A DNA stretch of 64,000 nt from Stylophora pistillata (lineage: Eukaryota): contig NW_019217946.1 in the NCBI RefSeq assembly GCF_002571385.2, positions 495,133 through 559,132 of the forward strand, read 5' to 3'. The notes beneath the pieces are model-generated. The model saw only the letters and a list, made by a program, of their open reading frames with translations. It was not told the origin of the DNA and did not search any database. Shown piece by piece: positions 25,801 to 38,400 of the stretch (within the stretch, counting starts at the first letter, position 1; each line of letters starts with the position of its first letter). The position numbers and the translations under genes were made by a program.

Positions 25801-28679
25801 TTACAAAGTTCAAACGTTTTTGGAAATAGCACTGTTTCAGCCCTAACAGTGGAAAAGAATTAAGGAGAAAACGCTTTTAATTAGTATCCTTTCAACATAG
25901 AGTTGGGTGATACGTTCAGGACAGACATCGAATAAATAGTAATGTCTCGTTAACCGCAATACGGCAAAGTTTGACTTACGCACAAATACGATCAAAGCAG
26001 TTTAAAGATAGTATTTGCTACACATGTAAATCCATATTTTCTTCCATCAAATTTAATGATTTAACCCACCTTTACTGCAACAGGAAAGTCGTCTCAAATG
26101 TGCAGCTTTGCTTAACATTTGCAATGGTATGTGAACATTGAGTAAATGCGGTATTTACCATCTTTACTTTGCGTGCAAATATAATGCAATCAAAAAAATT
26201 GCATCGGAGAAAATATGAACTAAGTCGATCAAATGTGGTATTTACTTCTTATTTACTATGATTTTGCTACGGTTGTAATTCAGTTTTTTCGGCGTGCAGT
26301 GAGTGCTCTTAGCCAGTAATTTATACCGAGCGCTTTATTTATATGGAGACCCTTTGTAAATAGCCCTTGTTTTGGTTGTACCATAATTATGTTGTAAATA
26401 ATTATTCAATTCAGCCTTTGGCTGAGACTTAGTTATTCCTATCGATTAAACTATCTATCTCGACTCATAAGGAGGTCTCAGGCCTTATCTTCAAACATAG
26501 ATTATTTTAAGCCGATTTTTGAGTATTTACTTGATCAGAGGCGTTTACTCCTGGTTCTTCCTTCACCGGTGAATACAAGGAATCTGAAAAATAACAGTGT
26601 ATTGGAAAAATCTTACAGGCACAGGTTTGTACTTTAGCCTTATAAAATGAAAGATATATATATATATAGTTCACCCCAATCGCTTGTCAACCATCGCTTT
26701 GAGTAGGGAGTAACATTACATACTGAGAAGTTTTTCCGCCACGGTCTTCAGCCCTATCTTTATTAGAGCTTCAGCAAGCCTTCCGACAGTAGCGTCCTCT
26801 CCCTCCTGATTAATCCACCTTACTATGACTGCGATGCAGCATTCATTAGTAGAAGAGCCACAGTCACTCTTGATGGTGCCAATGACAGCTTGTGTGAACT
26901 TCAGTTGTCGTGCCAATTCTCTCCAATTGTTTCCAATCAGTTGATGCAGTAGGTGATCATTCATGATGTCCTCTGTCATCCGAAGTTTCCGGCTGCATTT
27001 GCTGTTAGAACAAACTGCTAAAGATACCATAACTTAGAGTTATACAGAGCGCATGCAAAGACCCACTACTCGGAAAAGTAGTGATGAAGAAAACGTGCAG
27101 AAGTGACCATGATAGACAGACAAATGTTCTCGATGATCTACGAAGTGCTGCCAATGAGTCAGTAGCTTTTTCATGCGTTACTGATTGAGCGTGAGGTAAA
27201 GTTTCTTGGGTATAAGGGAAGGTTTTGTATCCGTTATCTTGGTAGACTAAAACCGAATCCGATTGGCTAGTTTAGCCAATAAAAGAGAAGTACATACTGT
27301 AGGAAATAAATCTCTGCGCAGACTTGTTGGTTACAAGCCGAGCCCCCGATCACTTTGTAGACCCAAAAGATATGAGTTATCTCATGTAGTGGTCGTCCAA
27401 ACGGGAAAATAAAACCCTAGACAAAATCACAATATTAGCATTGGCATCTAGCAACCTTAACCCAGAGCAACGTTACAATGGATGAAACTCCTCTTCTATT
27501 AATTTTTAGGCAGGTTTGAATAATGACATTGCTGGCAATGTCTATTAAGCCACGATTGCCTTTGATGATCCAAGTATGGAGGCCATTCAATTATTGTAAC
27601 AGTTAGCCGTAAGCTGCAGGAATAATAAGGCTTCTTGGTCAAAAACCAATGAGGATGTTTATAAAACGATAAGTCTTGCGCGTGAAAGGTTATTGATGTA
27701 AAAAACTGCCAATTTTGTCAGCTGTGAACTACATCTTAAGCCGTACTTAAGACGCCTTGTAAGATATGCATATTTAATCCCTCCATTGGACGGGAATTTT
27801 CCCTCTACCCGACAGTTGTCGGAATGTTATGTAACACTATGTAGAAATTGAGAGTAAGGGGCAAAGTAGATTCGCAACGGAGTCATGCGCAATCAACAGA
27901 TGATTGAAATATGCACACGCGGAAACGAAACTGGGAGATCAAATTGAAATTAAAGGGAATGCTGGTTCACCGAGTTTAAGATATTTTAGTCATATGAGTT
28001 TAAGATATTTTAGTCTGTCATGAACGAAGAATTTAAGTTAGTAGCTAAGTACTGCGCTACAAACAAATTATCTATGAACTTTTCAAAGACAAATTACATC
28101 CTAGTCTCATCCTCAAGATTAAGTGGAAGTATAAATGTAAATAACATTAAGATCCAAAGCCAAATAAAATACTTGGGTGTCTATGTTGATCAACACTTAC
28201 ACTGTGGACCTCAGATTAAACATATTAACAATAAATTAGCAAAAAATATCGGAATTATTACTAAATTGAGACACTATATAAATCTGCATACTCTGAAACA
28301 ATTGTATTACTCTTTCATCTATCCCTATTTGACCTATGCTATCACTAGTTGGGGAAGTGCTTGCAAAACTAGACTAAATAAAATCAGAACTAAGCAAAAT
28401 AAATGCATTCGTTCAATTTTTTTTGCACACAGTAGAGAGAATGCTACGCCTTATTATAATTTATTGGATATCCTAACAATTGATAATTTTTTCAAACTAC
28501 GGAGTGCATACATTTGAGAAAAACTTAAACTCTCAACGCCAATGCTGGCACGCAATTTCAGTGTAAGAAATGCATTCACACGGAAATTAAACAATATCGG
28601 AACTCGGCTTAAATAAAAACTCTAGAAATTCCGTCTTGAAGTACTTACCCATATCTGAGGATTTAGTGATGTTATCCAT
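22854..28679 (-). CDS. Gene A3: death domain + coiled-coil + helical-bundle protein (~425 aa)
   Basis: Predicted exons: 28679-28649, 27014-26724 (death domain IGNNWRELARQL...ATVGRLAEALIKIGLKTVAEKLL), 26583-26531, 25740-25687, 25578-25456 (acceptor uncertain), 24986-24507, 23662-23525, 22961-22854 (TGA at the same position as in A1/A2). Confidence 0.8.
23075..23512. mobile_element. Fold-back (hairpin) interspersed element in the last intron of A3
   Basis: Absent from A1/A2. Internal inverted arms aataatac..tctcaaaat..aaataccac / gtggtatc..attttgaaa..gtattatt surround GCTTCGC. Confidence 0.55.
28016..28500 (+). mobile_element. Internal fragment of a CR1/L2-group LINE reverse transcriptase in intron 1 of A3
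   Basis: ORF 28020-28517 (NKLSMNFSKT..IKYLGVYVDQHL..LYYSFIYPYLTYAITSWG) is the RT thumb region. Absent from the homologous A0 intron. Confidence 0.85.
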
Positions 28680-29974
28680 GGGTCTTGTATCTGGTGATTG
28701 AGTCTAGTGATCGAACAGCATCGATTGTCAGACAAACCAAAATCAATTTACAAGACAGCAAAAGACGTATGAAAGTTTCTACGTAAATAAGCGCAGAGCA
28801 GTTTAATTGGCCCTTTTGTTTACCTGTCTGAAGGGTGAATCGTCTTTATCTGGACAGAAAATGTACGATTTACGCACTCTTTCCTGTATCGAGACTTCCG
28901 CGCAGTGTTGTGCACTATTTTCCTTTTTGCCGAATTTATATTACTTTGGCAAAATTAGCTTCTGTGCACGAACCTCTGACGCAAAATCTTCAGATAACAA
29001 ATGAGACTGATAAACACAGGCTGTTTCTTAGCAAGGCGACCGCCAGTTGCCATGAAATGTTCAAAGTGGAATTGTGTGCTTTAATTTTGTGCAATTAAGG
29101 CATTTGAAGCTTAGATGAAAGTTATTTCCTCACCACTTGAAGCTATGACGTCATGCGTAGATTATATGGACCAGTGGACAGTTGATGATCTAGAATTTTT
29201 AAAAATAGCTTGTCAAAGTCTATAATGTAGAGCTTAGGAGGATTTTAGCCAGCACTAATTGGAGCTTTGTGCTCAGACTTCCAAGACATATTTAAGCTAA
29301 ATGAATATTATTTCCTGGGTGCTTGGAAGCTATAACATCAAATGATGACTACATGGACCATTGGATCGTAACTAATCTAAAAATTATAAAAATAGCTTTG
29401 AGAAATGCTGATAGGGGTTTTAAAGGAGACTAGTCAGATATGTTAATTACGGGACAACAGATTAAAAGTATATTAGAATTGATGCATGCTGCTCAAAGTC
29501 ACTATAACGTCTTCACATTTAATTTTTGTCCCTTGCTAGTTTATTAATTAATTTACAATGATTAAAACGAATCTAGACTGATTGAGTTTATCAATTTATC
29601 AATACAGTGTCAGGTCTCGAGTTGTTTAAACAGTTTTTGTTCTTCCTCATTTGACAAGTTTCCAATTGTTCATCCGCCGTTTTTTTTAAAGCTCAGTTGC
29701 TGCAGCATCCCTTTACTTGTGCGGCAAACTTTCCAGGCTCTCAATGACTAAGGCTCAGAAGCAATAAACTTAACAATCCTTATTTGGTGAATAGTTCTCA
29801 TTACGTAAACTGCAAAATCGTCACGATTTTAATGATTAGAAATCAGATATTTATATGAACGTGTATAACTTAAAGACAAGGAGCTTAATGGTTTATTCGT
29901 TTCACATATTTCTGTACATGATGAAAAAAACAACAAAGACAATAAATTGCTGCAATTGAAAATTTCTGTTCAGC

Positions 29975-29986
29975 AGTTTCAGTTTC
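29975..29986. promoter_or_regulatory. ISRE/IRF-like motif upstream of A3
   Basis: AGTTTCAGTTTC matches AGTTTCNNTTTC. Motif match only. Confidence 0.3.
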
Positions 29987-30522
29987 GACAGGAAGATGTG
30001 GTCGACTTTGACACAAATTTATGCAGGTCAAAACTGAGGTGAGATAAAAAAAATAATTGATCTAATTACCTCTTCGGAAACACGATCTCTGCATGCAACT
30101 GACGTGGTATTGATCAGAAATTTAATTATTAACACTATTATATCTTAGAAAAACTCTAATCGCTTCTGCGTGTTCTGCACTATATTTGATTTTGGACCGG
30201 AAATTATAGATGAACCATAATGATTAAAGGGGCTTTCCCACAGAGCATAATTGGGGTTTTTCCCTAGCTTCATATACTTTTCAGTACCTTACAGATCTCG
30301 AAGAGAATGTTGACGAAAGTCATTAAATCTAACATGTGAAAAGTTTCCAAGTGCAAGTTTCTTCTTACAGACAGAGGTGCCTAGTGATTTAATTTCCTCC
30401 ATATAGCTTTCTCTATTAGACCTTTCCAAGATTTGCACTTTTACCGTTTGTTATTCTACAAATTCTCTTTCTCTTTCGTGGATGCCTTTGCAAAGAATAG
30501 CAAGGCTCTTGGCATTTGTTTA

Positions 30523-30572
30523 GGGGAATCCCCTTACTTTAAAGGGTTTCCCCATTTCATAAGGGACTTCCC
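30523..30572. promoter_or_regulatory. Cluster of three kappaB-like sites at ~20-bp spacing
   Basis: GGGGAATCCC (30523), GGGTTTCCCC (30544) and GGGACTTCCC (30563), plus GGGGCTTTCC at 30228. Three of the four match GGGRNWYYCC exactly. Confidence 0.45.
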
Positions 30573-31146
30573 TCTCTTCAAAAGAGGACTCTAGTCACGA
30601 ACTCAAATAGCTTGTGAAGGTGATTTCATTCACCTGCAAAAAAAGCTGCCATTTAAAGTGCGTGGTGTTAGAGTCTCGCTTCAAAAGAAACTTATCCAAT
30701 TTCCGTAAAGATGTACAAGAAAAGGAAAGAAAATCCGTACAAAATGCTGACGTGAGCGCACGGAACGAAACGAACACAAGTGGCCATTTGGAATCAAGCG
30801 ATACGAGACAATTTCGTGACGCATAACATGACGCATGAATCCTCGTTACCAAGATAAAGATCATTTTAATCTTACGATTTTATTTAGCTGCGATTTGAGA
30901 AACATGCAAATAGCCTTCCATTTAAAGTACCGAATTAAAACAAATGGCAGTAAGAAATGCCAAAAGAAAACGGTTGCACTCTCTCACTGACGCCTTTCTA
31001 TATCAGCGCTTTGACGGCCTATAGACCAATTAGGATGCTTGTTCGGATGCTTGTAAATTCTTAAGAAGACTAACAAAATTGCACAAGTCCGTTATAGGAT
31101 CCGCGCGAAAGAAGCAAACTCGAAAGACAACAATACCGAGCTGTAT

Positions 31147-33039
31147 AATGTCGTGATAACAGACAAAAGACAAATGGCGGAGCTTTTTAATAGTTATTTT
31201 GTCAACATTGTGGACGGCATGCCAGAGATTACTGAACAGAGATATGGAAAAGAGTTGGATGCGCATCCTAGCATTCAGGCGATTTTCAACAACAATGAAC
31301 AGCTCGCTGTGAGAAACAAATTTGCTTTTCAATATACTAATAAAACCCAAGTGGAAGCCTTGTTACTCAAAATCAACTCCCGCAAAACCGGTGGTCATGA
31401 CAGAATACCACCGCGACTGGTAAAAGAGTCTGCCAACGCGATTGCTGGTCCTATTGCTGCAATAATGAATCACTCGATCAGGACAGGACAGTATCCGTCG
31501 CGCTGGAAACTAGGTCAAGTTACTCCTTTATTTAAAAAGGACGATGAACTGAACAAAAGCAATTATCGACCAGTGGCCGTTCTACCTGCGCTCAATAATG
31601 TTTTGGAGAGGCTGCTTTCAGCTCAAATGGGCGATTTTTACCAAAACATATTGTCTGAATACGTATCTGCGTACAGAAGGCACCATAGCTGTGAGACATC
31701 TTTGCTTAGGCTGACTGAGGACTGGAGGCGTAGTCTAGATAATAGAGAGATCGTGGCGATTATATCAATGGATTTGTCAAAAGCTTTCGACACCGTACCT
31801 AATGCTTTGCTGCTAGCGAAACTGAAAGCGTATGGTTTGCATGAATCCAGCTGTGCCCTTATCGGTGACTACTTGACGGATAGAATGCAGCGAGTGAAAA
31901 TTAGTGATACTTATTCGGATTGGATGAGCGTGAAGCGTGGCGTGCCTCAAGGCAGCGTCCTGGGACCCATGTTTTTCAACATGTTCCTCAGTGACCTCAT
32001 CTTTCACATTAAGTCTGTAAAACTAAACACTTATGCTGATGACTGCCAACTGCACACATCTGACGTAGACCCAGTAGCCTTGGAACAGCGGATCAATCAT
32101 GATGTACAAATAGCAAACAAATGGTTCGAAGACAATGGGATGAAAGCCAACCCCGCTAAACACCAAGGGATGGTTTTTGGCAAAACCGATTATCCTTTCT
32201 CCTTCTCAACCACAAGATGCCTGGAACTTTTTGGAATAATTCTTGATCATGAACTTAATTTCAAGGAACACATATCCTTTGTATGTAAAAAAATAAATTA
32301 TCAATTCAGTGTCTTCAAAAGATTTGGCAAACTTATTTCTACCGAAATTATGCTTCGCCTTTATAAAACGTTTATGTTACCCCATTTTCACTACTTTTCA
32401 ATGATATGGCATTTTTGTAACTCAGAGGACTCTGTTAAACTGGACACCTTAAAGAGACGTATTTTAAGATTTGTTTTAAAGGACTGGGACTCGAACTATG
32501 ATGATCTTTTAGACAAGGCAGGTGTGTGCGGTTTAGCCAACGGGAGGATACAAAATATGATGATTTGCATATTCAACTGTCTCCATCTTGATAAATATCC
32601 GTGCTATTTGAAACAACTGATGAAGCTAAGATCTACTGCTTACTCCCTAAGGGGCACCAATATTTTATCACTTCCTAGGCCGTTTACAACCACATATGGT
32701 CTAAATTCTTTTAGCTATTCAACTGTTAAGTACTGGAACTCCCTCCCTGACCACTTTAGAAAGACTGTAGATTATAGTGAATTTAAGCGCAAACTGTTAA
32801 TGAACCGTTTCTGTTAATATTACATTAATATTACATTATATTATTATATTAATGATTATTTTATTATTATATTATTATATTATGAATTATTTTTTTATCT
32901 TTTTAGCTTTGTTCTTGCGGTAACTTTTAAAATTAGTAATTAGGATCGGAGATACTAGCTTGTAAGCTACACTGAAATCCGAGGATAAATAAAGCTTATG
33001 TATGTATGTATGTATGTATGTATGTATGTATGTATGTAT
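31147..33039 (+). mobile_element. 5'-truncated CR1/L2-group LINE with a (TATG)n tail
   Basis: Open RT ORF, AT-rich 3' UTR, AATAAA, then (TATG)~10 at 32997-33039. The empty site is visible in the paralogous unit at ~2432-2455. Confidence 0.92.
31153..32817 (+). CDS. LINE ORF2 reverse transcriptase (endonuclease domain missing)
   Basis: 554-aa ORF with NYRPVAVL, DLSKAFD, GVPQGSVLGP, YADD and C-terminal WNSLP motifs. Confidence 0.92.
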   Translation: MITDKRQMAELFNSYFVNIVDGMPEITEQRYGKELDAHPSIQAIFNNNEQLAVRNKFAFQYTNKTQVEALLLKINSRKTGGHDRIPPRLVKESANAIAGPIAAIMNHSIRTGQYPSRWKLGQVTPLFKKDDELNKSNYRPVAVLPALNNVLERLLSAQMGDFYQNILSEYVSAYRRHHSCETSLLRLTEDWRRSLDNREIVAIISMDLSKAFDTVPNALLLAKLKAYGLHESSCALIGDYLTDRMQRVKISDTYSDWMSVKRGVPQGSVLGPMFFNMFLSDLIFHIKSVKLNTYADDCQLHTSDVDPVALEQRINHDVQIANKWFEDNGMKANPAKHQGMVFGKTDYPFSFSTTRCLELFGIILDHELNFKEHISFVCKKINYQFSVFKRFGKLISTEIMLRLYKTFMLPHFHYFSMIWHFCNSEDSVKLDTLKRRILRFVLKDWDSNYDDLLDKAGVCGLANGRIQNMMICIFNCLHLDKYPCYLKQLMKLRSTAYSLRGTNILSLPRPFTTTYGLNSFSYSTVKYWNSLPDHFRKTVDYSEFKRKLLMNRFC

Positions 33040-34155
33040 TCTCTGACCGCTATTCTGTTTCAAACGCCATTTGCGCTATTTTCTTCTTAATCACAATTGT
33101 TTCTAGTGCCTTTGCTTTTTAAAATTAAAGCTTTCACGGAGTCCTCATCAACTGAAATTTACAGAAAGTGCTTGAAACTTGGCAAAACTGACAGCAAACG
33201 CGGAATTGCTTTAACTCCTAAGTGCACTTTCACTTGCAAGTGGTTTTCGTTCTCATCAGAATAAGATTTTTATTAAATTTCTAAATAAAAATCCTATTTC
33301 TAGAAGCCAGAAAATGGGAACTTCTCCTTCTCGGCGAGCATTTTCGGGAAATCTAGTCTGGAATTTCCGAACTTCTTTCACTTTTGCTGCGCAGCGAAAA
33401 ATAAAGGACAAAAACGGCGCAAACTGTCAGTAATACATTTTAATAATGATAAATATTAGAAAAACAAAATCTTTCTCGTTGTTTTCGGCATTTAAAGCGT
33501 CCTCTGTCTTCTGCGGATTTAAAGTACTTTTATAATCTTCCTGATTTCCGCTGGTGAGATGAGTATTCGATCATTAACTGATATCACAAGACAGGCCCCT
33601 CTTCCGTTCCGCTTAAAGCTGACTCTCAGAAATCACTCTTCTGCAAAGAAGATATTATGGTAAATACCGTTACTGATACGTGACAATACACAGGGGAAAT
33701 ATTTAGTAAAGGTGGGTTAAAGATGGTGTAAAAAAGGCTGAGGAATGTTGAAATCACTCTTTTGTATGCAATTCAAATGATTTCATCGTCTTTCAATTGA
33801 ATAGTAACTTGAAGAAAACTTACGCACCCGATTTGGCATTTTAAATGATACGATAAGCTAAATTACACGCGCATTTTTATTGGTCTAGAAGACAGACTCA
33901 TAGATTACGTCACCATCACCAAGATTTTGCTTCTTTATCAAATAAAACATAAATTTCATGCTGCCGTGCACGGGTATGTGCATCAAATAAAGATTATTCC
34001 ATGGAAAGTGCGTGCGAACGATTTTAACTCATTTGTTGTAATATCTATATATACTAATTGTGAATTGTAGCCAGCACTGTTAAAAAGGGCTCGATACACA
34101 TTTGTGTAGAGCGGTATATAACGTTAAGTGACTAGAAGGAAACACACATGATTCG

Positions 34156-34196
34156 CTGCAACTCTGAGTTTCGTGCGTTAAGCACTCATCAGGCAG
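34156..34196 (-). ncRNA. Minimal type I hammerhead ribozyme (Penelope/retrozyme type)
   Basis: Minus strand reads CUGC-CUGAUGA-GUGC-UUAAC-GCAC-GAAA-CUCAGAG-UU-GCAG: both core boxes, 4-bp stems I and II, and a quasi-palindromic stem III. A partial inverted copy follows at 34201-34215. Confidence 0.75.
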
Positions 34197-34399
34197 ATTT
34201 GCCTGATGAGTGCTTCATAAATTTTATTAAAATTTTTTATATTTTTGACGTCAGAAGTCGTCCATCCTCGCAATTTTTAAACTTTCTACGTTCGTGTTTG
34301 CTGTGAGGTTTGGACTGCGAATCTTTTTTGATCCTCCTGGCACGGTGCACCTTTTTTGGCCTGAGAGTTCCACTAACGACTTGCTATATATATATATTT

Positions 34400-34476
34400 A
34401 ACAATTATTCCACGAGCGCGCGTTGGATATGAGATCATAGATAGCCAACGAGGTGCGTAGCGCCGAATTGGCTATA

Positions 34477-34513
<37 letters not shown>

Positions 34514-34514
34514 T
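34400..34514. repeat. ~115-bp fold-back palindromic element
   Basis: Arms aacaattattccac..gttggatatgagat..atagccaa / ttggctat..atctcatatccaac..gtggaataattgtt around a GC-GTA-GC apex. Confidence 0.85.
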
Positions 34515-34555
34515 TTTATTAAAAACGNNNNNNNNNNNNNNNNNNNNNNNNNNNN

Positions 34556-34606
<51 letters not shown>
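34556..34606. repeat. (AT)n microsatellite abutting an assembly gap
   Basis: Directly visible in the sequence. Confidence 0.95.
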
Positions 34607-34608
<2 letters not shown>

Positions 34609-35454
34609 AAGTCTGCAAGTCGATTTTCGCGTGGAACAGTGCTCAATACGTTGAAGCAGAGCAGAATAAATATTATGAGAGGAAAAAAAGGACGTAACTA
34701 CATTTCCCGACAAGCCTGTTTCGTGAATCGCTTCACTCTTCAGGGGTTTAATATATATATATATAACAACAAACGAGCGCAGCGAACAAGTGTGCTTTTT
34801 GAGACATCACAACGAGTGAATAAAAATCGTTGAGGCACTTTTCATGGTATGATGTTTTCATTTCATTTTCAAAGTACTGAGATCTCTTCTCTCTGAGCGA
34901 CACATTTCACAGATTGGAAGCGAACGAGTGGGAAAATACATCGCTCGTCCAATCAGAGACACGAACGATGACTTCACGGTATAAATCTCAGTATATATAA
35001 AATGATAGACCCCAAAAGGCGTTAAAATGTGGTAAGAACATCAGCGACACACTTCGCTGGGAAAGCTTACGTCATATTTTTTTACCACGTCGTGACGTCA
35101 CTCGGCACTTTTTTTTTAATCAGTTCTGAGGATAGTGAGTGAAAGAATGCACTTTCCTGTAACACCATAGAGACGCCGAAAGAAGTAAATCACTTATAGC
35201 AACCGCCAGCCAACAGTTGAAATGAGACTGTAAATATAGAATGGACATCTCGACTTCTTTGATTTTCCATGAAATGACGGGTATTGGAATCAAACGAGTC
35301 GCTAAGTCCTACTACTTTGCAATCAAAAAGTCCGTGTCAATAAACGCCTTATCCCCGTGTGATTTTCGGAATTCGAAGATCAAAACATCGTCTTGAAAAA
35401 TAACCAAAAGCTCAGGGTAACTATCAATTTAAAACAGCTAAGGACATTCGCTGA

Positions 35455-38400
35455 TTACCTCTCCTTGTTAAACCTCTTGCACGTCTTCATCAATGTCATG
35501 CGTTGAAATAGCAGTGGCTCTGATATGACCATTATGTCGTCCACGCCTGAACATTCATTCATACTTTGATGTCTGTTCTTTAGATCGGTTTTAGTTCGCT
35601 AAAACACAAATAAGTTATTAATTATAAAGCGTGAGAGGGATTGTATTTACATTTAACTGTTGACTTGTCAGGTCTTTAGGCTATCAAGACCGGAATATAA
35701 CACTCGGGAAACACGAGAAGTTAAGAGCCGTCTGTACAATACACAATATCCGTTCAAAAGAAACTGAAGCTTACTGATCAGATATAACATGCAATAGAAA
35801 ATTAAAAAGCTGGGTTTAACCCCAAGATAGAGTAACGCAGTACATTCAAATTGAGTCACTAACTCGGTAAAGTTGTTCGCCTAGAAAGAAGGAAATGACT
35901 ATTGAAAATACCTGACTTCTTTCCAATTTCCACTGAGATTGCTTTCTTTCTACATTTCCCTGATAAAGCAGATCTGAAAGTAGCTTTTCGACTTCTTCAA
36001 CACGTTGTTTTTGTTCCCTTCTCCACTTTTCTAGTTGTTCAAGTCGAGCAATTTGATTCTTATTGAAACGATGGATTTGATTGTGTGCCGATTCAATTCG
36101 GGAGAAAAATGTGCTTTCTCGGTCCTTCAATTCCATTGTTAACTCCAAGAGAGGATGAATACACTTCGAATTGTCTTTCATCATCTCACCAGCAACCACA
36201 CAAATCAGCTTGATGAGAGAAACAGTTATTCCTTCACAAGAACTGCACTGTTCTTCACAAAAGCGTAACCATTCATCGACAGAGGAATGGTTGCTATTTG
36301 GTTTTGTGTCATCTCTATCTTGGCCACTTTGAACTTTATCACTTGATTCTTCGTTGCCGCTATCTATTTTTACTTTTTTCAGTTGCCGCCTTAGTTCTTG
36401 AACCCCTGATCTCGTCCTGACAAGGCTATTTTGGCGTAAAAATGATGTTTGTTCTGTTTCCATGGCAACTCCTTGAGTGGACACAGCAACAGCCTTTAAA
36501 AGAAAATCTCTTTGTCAAGCAATTGATTGGCGCAGGTCAGTAGCCTAATTCTTGACAAAAAAAATGAGGAGTTGAGCGCATCCTCTCTTTTTTGTGAGTC
36601 ACATCTATGAGTAAAACAGGGGAGGGTTTCCTGGACTCGTTACAAAGATAAGTAGTCTAAGTGAAAACTTAAAATCTCGTATAATTGGACCTTACTGAGG
36701 AACTTGACCGGCTTTTGACGATTCCAAAAAGAACACCTGATCATTTTGCAGCCTATTTTAGACTGTGGTTTCACCAGGCTTATTTAGAAGGACTCGCAAA
36801 CACGCGGTTTCTTCACAGACGAAAGTTATTTTAAAACAAAAATGAGCTCACAATGATTCTGCAAAAAATATGCTAATTTCGTGTAATTTGTAGGGTTTTT
36901 TTTTCCCAACGGCGTTAAATATCATACTTTGTTGCCTTTAAATCTTGGTTGGTGCTCACTTTTTGTATTAGGTTTTAAGAGCTATCCTTAGATTACTGGG
37001 CAATAAAAATACCTCGTCAAAATCCGAACTTCGGAACTCTTCCCTTTTGCTCAGAGGTTTCACCACGTATAAATTTCCTTGTGTATCTTTGCATAGAATC
37101 GGCTGCAGTGAAACGATAATGTCCAAATCAGCATCCTATTAGCAGAAGAGACTAAGAATTCTGTATGAACTGAATATAAGGCGTCGTAAGACTGAAAAAT
37201 TCTACCATCAATTTTTAAGTTTGAAAGCATTTTTGCAATGAAACATTTATTCTTTGTAATATTAAGCTACAAACCTTGTTGTTACGATTTGAATCCAACA
37301 CTGTTAAACTGATAACATCGCCCTCGTCAACAATCGGTTTTTTGGACAGATTTTCATGACACATTTCTTAAAAAAAATGTTGAGAAGGAAAACCAAAGAA
37401 GTGAACTATTTAGGAGGTTTTGGCATTATTCTCCGTCAAGTGATCCTAACTGGTACTTAAGGGAATGCCAATATTTTTTTAAACTCGCGATTTTATTGGG
37501 GGGAGGGGAGGGGAAATGCACATAAATACCCCTTCACCGTAAGTAAACATTTAAGAATGCCTTAATGCCTCAAAAATGCAGCAGCACATATTACGATCAG
37601 AAAGACAGTGATAATTGAGCTGACCAGAATAGCGAAAAGAGCTTCGAAGTAGAAGACTCTGAGCCAGCTGACTTCAAAGGAGAAAAAAAAATATATGAGA
37701 AAACTAACTCTAAGGGTATAGAGACTCAATCAAAAACTCGAGCTAACCAGGAGTTCTACTTCATGAGTTGTGATGGCTACCATAGCTTATTCCACATACG
37801 TCAGCCACTCACCAAGCAGTCTTTCCGCGATATTTTTTCTTCCTATACTCCCTAAAGCATCCGAAAGAAGTCCTGCTGTTGCACCCTTTCCGTTTTTCTG
37901 TTTCCACGCAATAAGAAGGGAGTTTGCTTTGTCCCAGTTACATCTGCAATCTTCGTCCAGGTTCTGGACTTTTGATGAAGGAATTCCTAGTTTTGGTGCT
38001 AACTCGCGCCAAAAATTTCCGACGTCTTCACTGATATTTGAAAGTTGTAGTTCTGTTACTAAAGACCTCCTTTGATCAATAGTTTTTGCTGTGTATCGTA
38101 AACAATACAAGGTTTAAAAGAATAAACGTGAAGAGTGAGTAATTGATAAAAGAACTTCTTATGGTATTCAGGGTAACGCCTCGAATATTCGGGGTAAAGC
38201 CTCGAATAAAATCATCACTGAGCTTCGTTTGAAACTGAGTGCTGTAATAAGGGTGGACCTGTTCAGTTTCTGCATAGGTTATCCCTTTACACCCTAACAT
38301 TAACATGCATATTCTTCATGCTGTTCTCCATGCATTTCCCAGGATGCTTATAGGGAGAATTTCTTTAACAGTCAAGAGCTTCTTTTGATAATGATCATTT

